Assembly: GCA_037444505.1 (NCBI GenBank)
Contig: JBBIMH010000019.1
Location: 4,206 to 47,385 of the forward strand
Direction: 5' to 3'
DNA length: 43,180 bases
Source of the DNA: Nitrospirota bacterium
Lineage (GTDB): Bacteria; Nitrospirota; UBA9217
The notes beneath the pieces are model-generated. The model did not search any database, had not been told where the DNA came from, and was given only the letters and a program-made list of their open reading frames with translations. The position numbers and the translations under genes are program-made. Below, in pieces: positions 20,695-31,977 of the stretch (the first letter of the stretch is position 1; every line of letters starts with the position of its first letter).

Positions 20695-21108
20695 AGTTTT
20701 ATAATGTTCCCAGAATTTTTTCCGATAGTAGACCCTATCGAGTGTGATGTAGCAGAGGGGCCAGAGCACTTGGTTCGAATACCCGTGATAGTAGTTTTCC
20801 GCCTCGCGCCGGTCGAGCCAGACCCGTTTGAGTCGATACGACGGTTTGTCGGGCAGAACAACGACACGGGCGCGGGCGTCCACGACATCTCGATCGCCGT
20901 TTCCGCTCCCCAAGGCCACCCATGTTCCACCTATAGCCCGAAGAACATCGTCAATGGCCGACGTCAGGCCTCCCGCGGGCATTTCCACCTTGATAGACGA
21001 TCCGGTCTTCTTGTGGACATATGGTTCCCGATTAGACACTACGATCAAGGTCTTTTTGGACAGGTTTTCTTCGATGAACACTCTCTGCATCCCCCCTCTG
21101 GATTTTAT
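20695..21108 (-). pseudogene. otsA: 5' remnant of trehalose-6-phosphate synthase (GT20), truncated by the ISL3 end
   Basis: LIVVSNREPY, AGGL, GGTWVA, YYHGYSNQVLWPLC...FWEHYK; the final GSSPN* is encoded by the IS terminus. An in-frame ATA at 21108 follows AGGAGAGGAG and may be a mutated start codon. Confidence 0.85.
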
Positions 21109-21128
21109 GGGAACGCTCCTCTCCTATA

Positions 21129-22538
21129 TCATGGATTTACCGCTCTCACCCTGTTTCTTCCCTCTTGTTTCGCCATGTACAAGGCCGTATCCGCCCTCGA
21201 GAATACGGAGTCAGGGCTCTTATCCTGCTCGCTCAAGGCCGTGACTCCGGCGCTGAGCGTCACATTGACCTCCAGATTGCCCTCTGCGATGGCCTTGGAC
21301 TGCACGACTCTCCTTATGCGCTCAGCGACGATTATCGCATCCTGGACATCGGATTCTGGCGAGACCACCAGAAACTCCTCGCCGCCTACCCTTCCTACGA
21401 GGTCGTGTTTTCTGAGGCAGTCCCTTATGCGGGAAGCGACTGTCCTGAGGACGGCATCGCCGAACATATGGCCGTATGTGTCGTTTACGGCTTTGAAGTG
21501 GTCTATATCCAGCATGATCAGGCTCAACGGCCTACCTGTGCGCCTTGCTCTTTGAAATTCCTCTTCGAGCCTCTCCATGATATATCTTCTGTTCCGAAGA
21601 CCTGTCAGCTCGTCCGTGATCGCCATCTGCCTCAGCCTGGCCCGGGCGTCGTTCAGCTCCTTCACGAGCTTCATCAGGTCGTCGTCGGCCTGCTTTTCCA
21701 TGATATTTCTATATGTCTCCGCCATGGCAATTATCCGGCCCGAGCCGTCTTTGATCGGAGATGCGGTTATCTCTATGTACTGTTCGTTGCCTGAGGTGTC
21801 TCTGTGGGTATGGACGACCTTGGTCGTCTCTCCTTTGCCGAAGACGATCCTCATCGGGCATATGACCTGCGGCCCCTCGCACGGCGCATCCCGTCTGTGT
21901 ATCAGCTCATAGCATTTACGCCTGATGAGCTCGGACTTTTCGAGCCCGAGGCTCGAAGCAGCCGCTGTGTTCGCGTGCAAGATCGTATATTGCCTGTCTA
22001 TCACCACCACGCCGTCTCCGATCCCCTCCATTATGGAGTCGAGAAATGCCCTCGCATATTCGCTTTCGGTGACCTTGCCCTTGAGCTTGCTCACCAGCCG
22101 CTCGTTATACAGCCTGAGGAAGGTGGGCTCCTCTATGGGCTTTATTGGGCTGGGCGGGAGTATCCCGCTGTCTTTCTCCTTCAGCACCTCTTCTATTACC
22201 GCAAGTATTTCGGACGGCTCCTTGGGCTTCGTCAAAAACCTCGAGACCCCGAGCTCCTGCGCGAGCTCCTCATCCTTTTTATCGATGTATGTACCACTGT
22301 AGAATATCACCGGAACGTCCCACAGTTCGCTGTCTCTCCTGATCTCCCTCAGGAACTGGAATCCGTCCATGCCCGGCATAAGCACATCCGTTATCACGAG
22401 CGCAGGCCGCTCCGCCTTCGCCTTCTTGAGGCCATCCCTGCCGTCTTCGCCGACGGAAACCTCGTAGCCGGACTGACTGAGTATGTCGTAGAGGAGCATG
22501 CGGCTCAGGTAGTCGTCGTCTATAACAAGCACTCTCAT
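21129..22538 (-). CDS. Diguanylate cyclase (REC-PAS-GGDEF)
   Basis: REC domain (VIDDD, ITD, TKP); PAS with C/H residues (KCYELIH...CEGPQVICP); DELTGLRNRR; I-site RKHD; GGEEF. Confidence 0.95.
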   Translation of the reverse strand: MRVLVIDDDYLSRMLLYDILSQSGYEVSVGEDGRDGLKKAKAERPALVITDVLMPGMDGFQFLREIRRDSELWDVPVIFYSGTYIDKKDEELAQELGVSRFLTKPKEPSEILAVIEEVLKEKDSGILPPSPIKPIEEPTFLRLYNERLVSKLKGKVTESEYARAFLDSIMEGIGDGVVVIDRQYTILHANTAAASSLGLEKSELIRRKCYELIHRRDAPCEGPQVICPMRIVFGKGETTKVVHTHRDTSGNEQYIEITASPIKDGSGRIIAMAETYRNIMEKQADDDLMKLVKELNDARARLRQMAITDELTGLRNRRYIMERLEEEFQRARRTGRPLSLIMLDIDHFKAVNDTYGHMFGDAVLRTVASRIRDCLRKHDLVGRVGGEEFLVVSPESDVQDAIIVAERIRRVVQSKAIAEGNLEVNVTLSAGVTALSEQDKSPDSVFSRADTALYMAKQEGRNRVRAVNP

Positions 22539-22608
22539 GAAAGACTCCGGAAAGATCGGTGATAATCGGAAATCAATGCAGGCGGGGCCTAATGTGTCTC
22601 CTGCCGTG

Positions 22609-23754
22609 TCACTTGCGCTTTATAAGTCTCAGAAAATGCTCCACAAGCTTCGGATTGAATGATGTCCCGCTCCCCTTTCTCAATACTTCTTCTATCTTCT
22701 CGAGCGGCATTGCATCCTGATACGAACGTTTGCTCCTCATTGCATCGAACACATCCGCTATGCTTATCATCTGGCTGACGATGTTGGGCCGCCAGCCGCC
22801 CTTTATGGAGGGATAGCCTGTGCCGTCGTATTTGAGATGATGCTCGAGCGCCGCCAGGACAGCGAGCTTCGGGATGCCGTCCAGGCCCATCAGGTACCTT
22901 GCGCCCTTAACCGTGTGGGTCTCTATGACCTTGCGCTCCTCCGGCGTGAGGACGCCTACCTTGCTCAATATCTCATCAGGGATAAAGAGCTTGCCCACGT
23001 CATGAAGCAGCGAGGCTACCCCTATCTGGTGCAGATGATCGCCTTTGAACCCCAGGCTCTCGGCCTGGCTCATGGTCAGTATGCCTACATTGGTCACATG
23101 CGTGAATGTGTATTCATGAACGGACTTTATGTTCGCGAGGAGGCCCATGGGGTTTATCTCTTGGCGGAACGACTTTATGAATCCGGTGACTATCTCATCC
23201 ACGCCGCGGACATCGAGCCTTCTGTGCCTCTTGATGTTGAAGTAAAGCTCCTTCAGCTCGTCGAGCTCGGCGGCGTTGAGAGAAAGCAGGGCCGACATGT
23301 CCTCGGCAGATACGTCGGGAGAGGATAGCGTCTGCTGTCCCGTATCTTCCTTCACCCTGAGCTCCACCTTCCCGAGTTTTATGTACGGACTCGACTTCAC
23401 GGACACGCTGTCCGGAGATGCAAGGTCCTGGATGAGTGCCTGAAGCTCTGTACGCGGCAACCCGGGCAGGAAGGTTACCCTCCCCACCGCCTTCTTCTTC
23501 ATGATGCGCACGAAGTTCTGGACATATGCACCGCTTACAGGAAGAGGCCTTCCCTCCGCCACGAGATCGTCTCCCACGAGGATTATGGTGATCTCCGGCC
23601 TGAGCCTCAAGAGGTCGGTGAGCACGGAGTACGCCCTCTCTACATACTGCGCCACCTGTGGATGCGCGGGAGAATAGAGCCCTGTGTTCGTAATCGCGGC
23701 TGTGAACTGCGCAATCACCCTCGAAATCCCTTCATGGACATCCTGCTCGGTCAT
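22609..23754 (-). CDS. HD-GYP domain protein (putative c-di-GMP phosphodiesterase)
   Basis: YTFTHVTNV; LLHDVGK; HTVKG; HHLKYDGTGYP; IADVFDAM. Confidence 0.92.
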   Translation of the reverse strand: MTEQDVHEGISRVIAQFTAAITNTGLYSPAHPQVAQYVERAYSVLTDLLRLRPEITIILVGDDLVAEGRPLPVSGAYVQNFVRIMKKKAVGRVTFLPGLPRTELQALIQDLASPDSVSVKSSPYIKLGKVELRVKEDTGQQTLSSPDVSAEDMSALLSLNAAELDELKELYFNIKRHRRLDVRGVDEIVTGFIKSFRQEINPMGLLANIKSVHEYTFTHVTNVGILTMSQAESLGFKGDHLHQIGVASLLHDVGKLFIPDEILSKVGVLTPEERKVIETHTVKGARYLMGLDGIPKLAVLAALEHHLKYDGTGYPSIKGGWRPNIVSQMISIADVFDAMRSKRSYQDAMPLEKIEEVLRKGSGTSFNPKLVEHFLRLIKRK

Positions 23755-23768
23755 GCCTTATTCTTCCC

Positions 23769-26003
23769 TCACCCTCTTTTTTCGGCCAGTTTTTTCGCGA
23801 TCCGCCTTATCCTCTCGTCCTCGGATCTCTCGCCTATCTTTATGAGCCCCTCCATGCTCTCTCTCGGATAGCGGCTCAGGGATTCGAAGAGCGTCAGCTT
23901 CATCTTCGCAAGACCCTGCGGATAGAGGCTCCATGAGGTCTTTGCGAGTCTTTCCAGTTCGGGCACGGCCCTGGGGTCTCCGATCTCACCCAGGGCCTTG
24001 ATTATCTCCTCGTTCACCGTATAGTCCGCCTCGAACAGGATCACCTTCTTTATCATAGAGAGGAGGTCTTCTGTGACCGCGGATACCCTGTATTGACCCG
24101 CAATGAATACCGCCTGAGACGCCACATCCGGGTCCTTAGATCTCAATGCCTCGCGTAAAAGCTGTATCGCAGCATGGTCCTTGAACCTCAAAAGCGCAGC
24201 GATGACCTCGAGCCTCACCTTCTGGTCCGGATGGTTCAACAGGGGTTTTATGTGAACAGCGTGCGCTGACCTGCCTGCGGACCGTATGAGCATAACGAGG
24301 TTCCTTACAAAGAAGGGCCTCGGATCTCCAAGCCGCTTCACGGCCTCGTTCAGGGTGGGCTCACCGAAGTTGCACAATAGATCGAAGAGCAGTTTTCTGC
24401 CGCCGGGGGTTTCGTCCATGCTGAACAGATCCATGAGCCCCGGCACCGCAGCAGGGCCGAGTGCAAGCAGAAAATCCGCCGCCTCCCTGCCCTTTGTCCT
24501 CGCCCATCTATCGAAGGCCGAAACAGCCTGGTTTACGAAGCCTTGATCCGAGAAGACCTCCAATACCTTCTCTGCATGCTCCCGGACCTTCGGCTGCGGT
24601 TTCTCCTTCGAATGCCGCCTCAGGGTCTCCAGGATATCGAGCAGCAGATAGAAGTTCCCGCTCTCGAGAAGATCCGGCATCACATCGATCAGCTTCCTGG
24701 AGAACTCTGCGTAGTCTTCTTCATCAATATCCTCTTCCATGAAGGCAAGAAGCGCCCTGCCTATCTGAAAATCCAGGTGCCGGTCTTCGAGGGATTCGAG
24801 ATACTCCTCTATCGGAAAGTCCGAGACGCCCCCTCCCAGGCCGAGCGGCGACAGGCTCCTCTCAGTAAGGGCTTTGAGCGTAGCGTCATAGTCTTCTCCG
24901 ACATACTGTTCATAGGTTTCCCTGTCGAACAGCCTCTTCATCTTATCTTCTGTAATCACGGGCGCAGACTTTATCTCCGGCGACTGCGCCGGGCCCGGCC
25001 TCGCGTCCTCCTTCACACCCACCGAGGCGAGCTTCTGCATCAACCCTGCGAGCGTCGGCGAGATCTCCCTACCCTCTTCGCTCGCATTCCTGAGCATCTC
25101 TATGACCATATCGTCCGGGAACCCGCCCAGCAGGTCTTCGGGTCTCGTCCTGGACTCCGTGGCGATGTGGCGGAAGGCGGTGGAGAGAAACTGCTTGCGG
25201 AGCTCCGGGTGGAGTTCCTTCACAAGGCTGTTCAGCTTCGCCAGCGTGGCGGATTGCTCCTTCGTGGGCTGCTTCCTCTCCGCCACATATCTTACATACT
25301 CCGTGATTATCCGCTCATAGCTCTCTACAGCGGCCCTGGATTGGAGCCTGCGCTCATTGAGCAGTTTTGCCAGCTCCTTCGGATCTATCATGCTCGTATC
25401 ATCTACGGAGGGGCCCTTGCCCGGCCCTGCAAGTGTATCTGCCACGAGGTTCGAGACGAAGTCCTGCCATATTGTTGATGCCGCCTTCTCTTTCTTAGAA
25501 GCAGGCCTTATTATCTCGCTCTCCTCCGTAAGGTGAAAACTACCGTAGTCCACAGCCTTTATCCTGATATGCTGTATAGCGGCCTCCTCGATCACCTTTT
25601 CTATGCCGCCCGCGGCCCTGATATCCTCGGGTCTGGTCGTGAGCACGCGATGGAACCTCGTGAGCTCGTCCCTGTCGAGCCCTTTGATGAATGTGACCGC
25701 TGCTATGCCCTGCTGATTCATGGAGAGGGCGAAGTCCCTGTAAACAGGGTTCCGCTGATCTAGATAGTCCCTGCCCACGACAAGGGTGTCCTTCGCCACG
25801 CCCAGCGTCATCTCGGGCCTTATCTCGAACATCCTCTGCAGGATCTCATATGCCCTGTCTATGCTCTTGGTTATCTGTATGTGGCCGGGGGGGTAGATGC
25901 CTACGTTCTTGCGGGAGATATTGAGCTCTATCACCGCATCGGACAAAAGCCTCGTATCGAGTGGAAGCTCTACGGCCTCTTTCTTCTCATGCATATCTGC
26001 CAT
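23769..26003 (-). CDS. HEAT-repeat protein with an N-terminal domain shared with the neighbouring HD-GYP protein
   Basis: C-terminal HEAT/PBS-lyase repeats (LGDPRPFFVRN, LNHPDQKVRLE, ALGEIGDPRAVPEL). Start set at ATG 26003, 6 nt after TATAAT. Confidence 0.85.
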   Translation of the reverse strand: MADMHEKKEAVELPLDTRLLSDAVIELNISRKNVGIYPPGHIQITKSIDRAYEILQRMFEIRPEMTLGVAKDTLVVGRDYLDQRNPVYRDFALSMNQQGIAAVTFIKGLDRDELTRFHRVLTTRPEDIRAAGGIEKVIEEAAIQHIRIKAVDYGSFHLTEESEIIRPASKKEKAASTIWQDFVSNLVADTLAGPGKGPSVDDTSMIDPKELAKLLNERRLQSRAAVESYERIITEYVRYVAERKQPTKEQSATLAKLNSLVKELHPELRKQFLSTAFRHIATESRTRPEDLLGGFPDDMVIEMLRNASEEGREISPTLAGLMQKLASVGVKEDARPGPAQSPEIKSAPVITEDKMKRLFDRETYEQYVGEDYDATLKALTERSLSPLGLGGGVSDFPIEEYLESLEDRHLDFQIGRALLAFMEEDIDEEDYAEFSRKLIDVMPDLLESGNFYLLLDILETLRRHSKEKPQPKVREHAEKVLEVFSDQGFVNQAVSAFDRWARTKGREAADFLLALGPAAVPGLMDLFSMDETPGGRKLLFDLLCNFGEPTLNEAVKRLGDPRPFFVRNLVMLIRSAGRSAHAVHIKPLLNHPDQKVRLEVIAALLRFKDHAAIQLLREALRSKDPDVASQAVFIAGQYRVSAVTEDLLSMIKKVILFEADYTVNEEIIKALGEIGDPRAVPELERLAKTSWSLYPQGLAKMKLTLFESLSRYPRESMEGLIKIGERSEDERIRRIAKKLAEKRG

Positions 26004-26009
26004 GAGATA

Positions 26010-26038
26010 ATTATATACGGTTTTGGCGACTTTTTCAG
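26010..26038 (-). promoter_or_regulatory. Sigma70-type promoter, candidate leaderless, for the HEAT/HD-GYP/DGC genes
   Basis: CTGAAA-N17-TATAAT-TATCTC-ATG on the minus strand. Confidence 0.5.
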
Positions 26039-26142
26039 GGCAAGAATAAATATAAATTACCAGAAAACGGCTTTTGTCCTGTCTCCAGGGCCGAACGATC
26101 CGCGGCATTCTCAGATATGCCTGCTTTATCTGGATTCGAAGG

Positions 26143-27453
26143 CTAACTCTGCAGCTCGCCGGACAGGGAGTTCGCCCCTGCCTTGACTACCTTAATCTTC
26201 ACTAAGGAGCCGAGGAGGGAATCAGGCGCGGATACATTCACGACCTTGTTGCCGCGGGTCCTTCCGGACAGTTTCAATCCGTCTTTGCTCCTTCCGTCCA
26301 AAAGCACCTCCTGCACACTGCCCACGAGCGCCCTGTTCTTTTTCATCGTTATGCCCCGCTGAAGATTCAGAACAGCGCCGAGCCTCGCCTCTTTCACATC
26401 CTCCGGCAGATGACCGGAAAGCCCGAGGGCCTTTGTGTTCGGCCTCTTCGAATACTTGAATGCGAAGATGGAATCATACTCTACTTCTTCGAGAAGGCGG
26501 AGCGTAGAAGAGAAGTCATCCTCTGTCTCGCCTGGGAAGCCGACGATTATGTCCGTCGTGAGCGCGATGTCCGGAACCGCGTCCCTCAATCTCTTGACCT
26601 TGTCGAGGTATTCGTCCCTGGTGTAGCGTCTGTTCATTGCGGAGAGTATCAGGTCGGAGCCGCTCTGCACAGGCAGGTGAAGCGCTTCGCACACCTTCGG
26701 CAGGTCGCGCATGGCGTAGATGAGTCTGTTCGAGAGATCCCTTGGATGCGAGGTGACGAACCTTATGCGCTCTATGCCGGAGACATCGTTTACCATCGAA
26801 AGCAATACGGGGAAATCGATATCTTCGTCGAGCCCTTTTCCATATGAATTGACGTTCTGGCCGAGGAGGGTCACTTCTTTGTATCCCATGTCCGCAAGGC
26901 CTCGGATCTCGGCGATGATGTCCTTGCTCGGCCTGGAGCGCTCCCGACCCCGAAGATACGGGACCACGCAATATGTACAGAAATTATCGCATCCGTACAT
27001 GATGGAGACCCAGGCCTTGACCCTATCAGGCCGTGAAGCGGGGACGTTTCTTTTGTGATACTCCGGATCTCCCGCCGTCTCCACGACCGAAGACCGCGCC
27101 GTCATCCGCCTCTCGAGCATGTCCGGCAGCCTCGATATGTCCGACGGCCCGAAGACCATGTCGACAAAAGGCGCGCGCGCTATCAGCCCTGCGCCCTCCT
27201 GCTGTGCGATGCAGCCCGCAACAGCAATGGCGAGGCCGGGCCGCTTGTCCTTGAGCCGCTTCAGCCTGCCGAGCTCGCTGTAGAACTTCTGCTCGGCCTT
27301 CTGACGGATGCTGCACGTGTTCAAGATGATTATGTCCGCATCTTCCGGGGCCCCGGCCTGAATAAGGCTGTCCGCCTCGAGCATGCCCGCCATGCGCTCC
27401 GAGTCATGCTCATTCATCTGGCATCCGAATGTAATGATATGGAAGGACTTCAT
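26143..27453 (-). CDS. miaB: tRNA-2-methylthio-N6-dimethylallyladenosine synthase
   Basis: TFGCQMNEHDSE; NTCSIR; GCDNFCTYCVVPYLRGRERSR; TRAM domain. Confidence 0.98.
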   Translation of the reverse strand: MKSFHIITFGCQMNEHDSERMAGMLEADSLIQAGAPEDADIIILNTCSIRQKAEQKFYSELGRLKRLKDKRPGLAIAVAGCIAQQEGAGLIARAPFVDMVFGPSDISRLPDMLERRMTARSSVVETAGDPEYHKRNVPASRPDRVKAWVSIMYGCDNFCTYCVVPYLRGRERSRPSKDIIAEIRGLADMGYKEVTLLGQNVNSYGKGLDEDIDFPVLLSMVNDVSGIERIRFVTSHPRDLSNRLIYAMRDLPKVCEALHLPVQSGSDLILSAMNRRYTRDEYLDKVKRLRDAVPDIALTTDIIVGFPGETEDDFSSTLRLLEEVEYDSIFAFKYSKRPNTKALGLSGHLPEDVKEARLGAVLNLQRGITMKKNRALVGSVQEVLLDGRSKDGLKLSGRTRGNKVVNVSAPDSLLGSLVKIKVVKAGANSLSGELQS

Positions 27454-27459
27454 GGCCGT

Positions 27460-27488
27460 ATTATATTACACAAGGCTAGGTTGTACAA
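27460..27488 (-). promoter_or_regulatory. Sigma70-type promoter of miaB, candidate leaderless
   Basis: TTGTAC-N17-TATAAT-ACGGCC-ATG on the minus strand; no Shine-Dalgarno. Confidence 0.65.
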
Positions 27489-27588
27489 GACATAGTTGGA
27501 CGAGAGCTGCGTTTTCGGCCTGCTGAGAGGGCTTTCACGAATCATGAAGGCCGTCTCTTCTCAACCGCCTTCCGCGCATCAGCGGAGG

Positions 27589-28395
27589 CTACTGGAGGAC
27601 AAGCCGCACCGCGTCTCCGCGCTTCGCCCCCAGCAGGGCGCGGGCGTTCTGCTTGAAGGCGAAGACCTCGAGATAGCCTGAGCTGTTTATGATCGCGCCG
27701 GGCTCCGAAGGTGCATTCTCCGCGTAGAATTTCTTGATGCCCTTTACCTCCTTGCCTGCGATGCTCACCACAACGGACAGGGCCGCAGGGTCTGCGCCTT
27801 CCGGTGCAATGGACTGGATGTCCTTATATGTGATATTGGTGATGATGTTACCGAAGCGGTCTATGTGTATCACATGGCCTTCTACGGTGCCCTGGCCCTT
27901 CTTGGGGACAGGCACGTTCAGCTTCACGAAGTCGGTTATCTCTTCTCCGAAATTCCCGGACGGGATGCCTTTGGCGAGCCAGGCGGCCACAGGCGCGAAA
28001 ATGTCCCTTCCGTGGAAGGTGGGCCCTGGGCTGGGCAGATAGTAATGGCTCGCCGTAATTTGATGCACCCTGAGCCTCTCCGCCTCGGCATATATCAGGC
28101 TGAAGATGCCGTTGTCCGGGCCTACGAAGTAATAGCTTTCGGTGACTGCGATGATGGGCCTCCTGCCGCTACCCACACCCGGATCGACCACAGATAGATG
28201 TACAGTGCCCTTTGGAAAGTAGGTATATGCGGTCTTGAGCGCAAATGCCGCCTCCCAGATGTCCTGCGGCGCGATCTCATGGGAGATATCTACTATCGTG
28301 GCCTGTGGGTTTATCCTGAGTATCACGCCCTTCACGCTCGCGGCAAAGGAATCGCGCAGGCCGTAATCGGTGATGAGAGTAATAATCGAAGACAT
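27589..28395 (-). CDS. SAM hydroxide adenosyltransferase (DUF62 / SAM-dependent halogenase family)
   Basis: ITLITDYG; VVDPGVGSGRR; VGPDNG; TFHGRDIFAP; IDRFGN. Confidence 0.93.
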   Translation of the reverse strand: MSSIITLITDYGLRDSFAASVKGVILRINPQATIVDISHEIAPQDIWEAAFALKTAYTYFPKGTVHLSVVDPGVGSGRRPIIAVTESYYFVGPDNGIFSLIYAEAERLRVHQITASHYYLPSPGPTFHGRDIFAPVAAWLAKGIPSGNFGEEITDFVKLNVPVPKKGQGTVEGHVIHIDRFGNIITNITYKDIQSIAPEGADPAALSVVVSIAGKEVKGIKKFYAENAPSEPGAIINSSGYLEVFAFKQNARALLGAKRGDAVRLVLQ

Positions 28396-28447
28396 TATGC
28401 CCCCCCAAGCAAACTGTAGAGATGCGGTCCGGATAGATGTTGCTCAA

Positions 28448-29898
<1,451 letters not shown>

Positions 29899-29915
<17 letters not shown>

Positions 29916-31074
29916 CGGGCAGGTACCCCTTCTTCTTGAGGCGGAAAAAGGCCTCGAGCGCCGTGTCTATCTCGGCCTCGGTGTGGCCTGCGCTCACAGA
30001 TGTCCTTATGCGCGCCTTTCCAGCAGGCACCGACGGCGGCCTTATCGCAGGCGCATATACGCCGTAGGACAGCAGCTCTCCCGCGGCCTCGAGTGCAGCC
30101 GCGCCTTCTCCGATAATAATCGGAATGATGGGCGTCTCTGAATTGGAGACATCTATGCCGATGGACGAAAGCCCGCTTGCGAATCTCTCGCGCATCCGCC
30201 AGAGCCTGGTCAGCCGCTCCGGCTCCGTGGAAAAGATTTCCATAGCCGCGATAGATGCTGCGCATACAGCAGGCGGAAGCGCCGTGCTGAAGACGAAGCT
30301 CCGCGAACTATTGAGGAGATATCGTATCAGACCTTTGTCCCCCGCGATATACGCGCCAAATGAGCCGAATGCCTTCCCGAGCGTACCCATCTGGACATGC
30401 ACCTTTCCTTCGATCCCAAAGTGCTCCACAGAGCCTCTCCCGTTTCTGCCGAGTACGCCGGTGGCATGTGCATCATCCACCATTAGAATCGCATCGTATT
30501 TCTCGGCAAGCGCCGCCAGCCCAGGCAGAGGTGCGATGTCTCCGTCCATGCTGAACACGCTGTCGGTGACAATGAGTCTGCGCCTTGCATGCATAGCCTC
30601 TTTGAGGAGTCCTTCGAGATAATCGAGGTCTCTATGGCGATATACATGGACGCGCGCCCTGCTCAGGCGGCATCCGTCTATGATGCTCGCATGGTTGAGA
30701 CTGTCGCTGAATATTGCATCGCCATCCGATGCAATCGCGGGAATCGCGCCTGTATTCGCGGCGTAGCCTGAATTGAAGACGAGCGCCGCCTCGGTCCCCT
30801 TGAATGCCGCGATCCTCTCCTCCAGTTCGATGTGAAGGGGGCTCGTGCCGGATATAAGCCTCGAGGCGCCGGGGCCGAAACCATATCTCTCCATCGCACG
30901 GGCAGCGGCCTCTCTGAGGGCAGGATGGGACGACAGGCCAAGATAGTCATTGGAGCAGAAAAGGATGACGTCTCTTCCCTGGATCCTCGCATGCGTGCCC
31001 GAGACAGGCTCCATGGCGGTCATCCGCCTCAACAGGCTGTTCCGCTCTAATTGTTCCAGTTCGTATTCGAACAT
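29899..31074 (-). CDS. bioF: 8-amino-7-oxononanoate synthase
   Basis: SNDYLGL; GASRLISG; NHASIIDG; FSMDGD; VDDAHATG; GTLGKA. Confidence 0.96.
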
Positions 31075-31152
31075 GACAGACAGGACGGATAAGTCATCAA
31101 CGTAGTCAAAATAAACCGGTCATCCTGAGCTTGCCCAAGGGTGCATAAACGA

Positions 31153-31977
31153 TTATGGGGCTGTTGATATATCACCAAAAGATTCATAATGGAAACCACC
31201 TGCATCCGTAATGAGGGCTGGTGTCTTTTCCAGATACCGAATCAGATTCTCGAGGTAGAGAGGCCCGCTTTTTACGAAGAACACCCTGCCTCCGTTCATG
31301 GAGCCGGCCTGTTTCATATGCGGAAGTCTTATATAACCGGTCTTGAGAGAAGCCACATACCCTGCTGTATAATCCGGGTCGTCCGACCAGCACAGCTCCG
31401 CCGTCATATCCGGCGCATGCGCCACCTTTGTAGCGAGCGCAAGCGCCTCGGCGGTGCGGAAATGCGTAAGCCCCGCCCTTCTCAGCAATTCATCCGCCTT
31501 GCGACGGCCTTCTATGGACCAGTCGAATCTCGTCGCCCTGACCCCCCTGTCCTTGTCCGGCTCTAGCCTCTCTCCGCTCTCAGCATCCATGATTACTGCG
31601 CCGCGCATATTGCCCCCGGACGCCGCCGCGCCGCTGGTAAGCAGCTCGAAGGCATGAGAAACAGCCGCCTGTGAGACGCCCAGGGACAAGAGCGTAGTCA
31701 TCGCTATATGCCTGCATGACGCCAGATCAAGGGCGTTCACGACCCTCACATCCAGGGCCTTGAGAAATACGATCTCATTTACATCTATCCTATCAATGGA
31801 GAATACTATCGAATCCGGCGCACTCTTCCGTCCATGGAGACGTGAGAACATCTCCGGCAATAGAGCCTCGATGGCATCGAACCTCGCGATGCGCTCGGCG
31901 CCGGAGATGTGCCTTCCGGAAGACGATGCCCGCATCCTTATACTAAAGAGTATCTCCTCGGTCATATCACGCGTCAT
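31153..31977 (-). CDS. bioW: 6-carboxyhexanoate (pimelate)--CoA ligase
   Basis: SIRMRAS...HISGAER; NMRGA; RGVRAT; EALALATKV; ELCWSDDPDYTAGYVA; GGRVFF. Confidence 0.95.
   Translation of the reverse strand: MTRDMTEEILFSIRMRASSSGRHISGAERIARFDAIEALLPEMFSRLHGRKSAPDSIVFSIDRIDVNEIVFLKALDVRVVNALDLASCRHIAMTTLLSLGVSQAAVSHAFELLTSGAAASGGNMRGAVIMDAESGERLEPDKDRGVRATRFDWSIEGRRKADELLRRAGLTHFRTAEALALATKVAHAPDMTAELCWSDDPDYTAGYVASLKTGYIRLPHMKQAGSMNGGRVFFVKSGPLYLENLIRYLEKTPALITDAGGFHYESFGDISTAP

Noticed and set aside
27589-28395. Fluorinase or chlorinase of a halometabolite pathway
   Set aside because: Hydrolase-type Asp/Arg/His residues are present and there is no biosynthetic cluster context.
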